In this document: in pieces, positions 63,201 through 64,000 of the stretch
Layout: each line of letters starts with the position of its first letter
Position numbering within the stretch: the first letter of the stretch is position 1
Assembly: GCF_964194025.1 (NCBI RefSeq)
Contig: NC_134474.1
Location: 30,318,001 to 30,382,000, forward strand
Direction: 5' to 3'
DNA: 64,000 nt
Source of the DNA: Convolutriloba macropyga
Lineage: Eukaryota
Translations under genes and position numbers: made by a program
The notes under the pieces: model-generated
Seen by the model: the letters and a program-made list of their open reading frames with translations, nothing else
Database searches by the model: none
What the model was told of the DNA's origin: nothing

Positions 63201-64000
63201 TTCTTGTTGTTTTCATAATCATAATACTTATTGTGATGTTTTATTGATGACAAACATCTTTTTCTTCCCATTGAGGCATAACGCTGTGTATTGTTTTACT
63301 TCCGTTGAATGATGTTGAAATTAGTGATTGTTAATACTTCAAAAATATTTTTTTTAGAATTTTTTTGACATTAACCAATCTTAAGTTTCTTTTCGTGAAC
63401 TGTGAGTCAATCTCAAAAATGACATGACCTCGTTCTTTTCTAAAGTAGTTAAAATGAATTTGGCTAGCAGTTTGATAATCTAAAATTTGGTTTTATAGCT
63501 TCGATGTCACGAGTTTTTATATTTTTTTAAACTATTGTTTATTTTTGTAATTTTGGTTCCCTTCGAATTTTATCACATTATCTTTATAGTATCCTAATAT
63601 TGGTAGTTCTCAGCGTCCTGTAGGAGGCGCTCAAAGGATCAGATATAAAGATTTCAGAGAAAAGTTTATGGTTGAAATGGCTCTGACACTTTCTCGCACT
63701 TTTCTATTGAGTTTTTTGGTTTTTTTTTATGTATTTCTTGTTGTTTTCATAACAATAATACTTATTGTGATGTCTTAGTGGTGACAAACATTTTTTTCCT
63801 CCCATCGAGGCATAGCGCAGTTTATTTTTCGACTTCCGATGAAAGATATTGAATTTAATGATTGTTCATACTTTAAACGAATTTTTTAAGAATTTTTTTG
63901 ACATTAACCAATCTTAAACTTATTTTCGTGAGCTGTAAGTCAATCTCAAAAAATTCAGGACCTCTTTTTTTCTACTGTATTTGAAATGAATCTGGATAGC
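57200..64000. repeat. Tandem satellite array, monomer about 530 bp, at least 12 copies, running off the window end
   Basis: Anchor TATTG(G/A)TAGT at about 57801, 58321, 58855, 59350, 59880, 60423, 60945, 61489, 62022, 62541, 63066 and 63599 (spacing about 495-546). Confidence 0.95.

Noticed and set aside
57643-63312. Repeated membrane-protein-like ORFs in the satellite
   Set aside because: T-rich satellite monomers; the frames are broken in most copies.

Overview
Repeat-rich, AT-rich eukaryotic (animal-like) genomic DNA with spliceosomal introns. The supplied ORF track splits real genes and uses TTG/GTG starts. I reconstructed three multi-exon genes by matching splice phases. (1) A KIF6-like kinesin-9 on the minus strand: 5 exons, 22483 to 2664, about 992 aa. 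(2) A short ODAD2/ARMC4 (gudu-like) armadillo gene on the plus strand: 3 exons, 27708 to 30824, about 672 aa, head-to-head with the kinesin. (3) An SLC36/PAT-like amino-acid transporter on the minus strand: 5 exons, 53354 to 39209, about 583 aa. A probable first exon of a fourth, N-myristoylated protein gene lies at 1239 to 1066. The rest is mobile DNA: CMC/EnSpm-type MITEs (CCCAG ends, 2-bp TSD), Merlin-like MITEs (GG...CC ends, 8-bp TSD), a TA-TSD MITE, nested DINE-1/HINE-like Helentron elements, decayed CRE-clade and Copia retroelements, tRNA-derived sequences, and an approximately 530-bp satellite array filling the last 7 kb. Top finding: intron 2 of ODAD2 is itself a Merlin-like transposon whose 8-bp target-site duplication (AAAAG|GTN) supplies the splice signals, i.e. 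an introner-type intron gain, in a window where sister MITEs with 8-bp TSDs are abundant.
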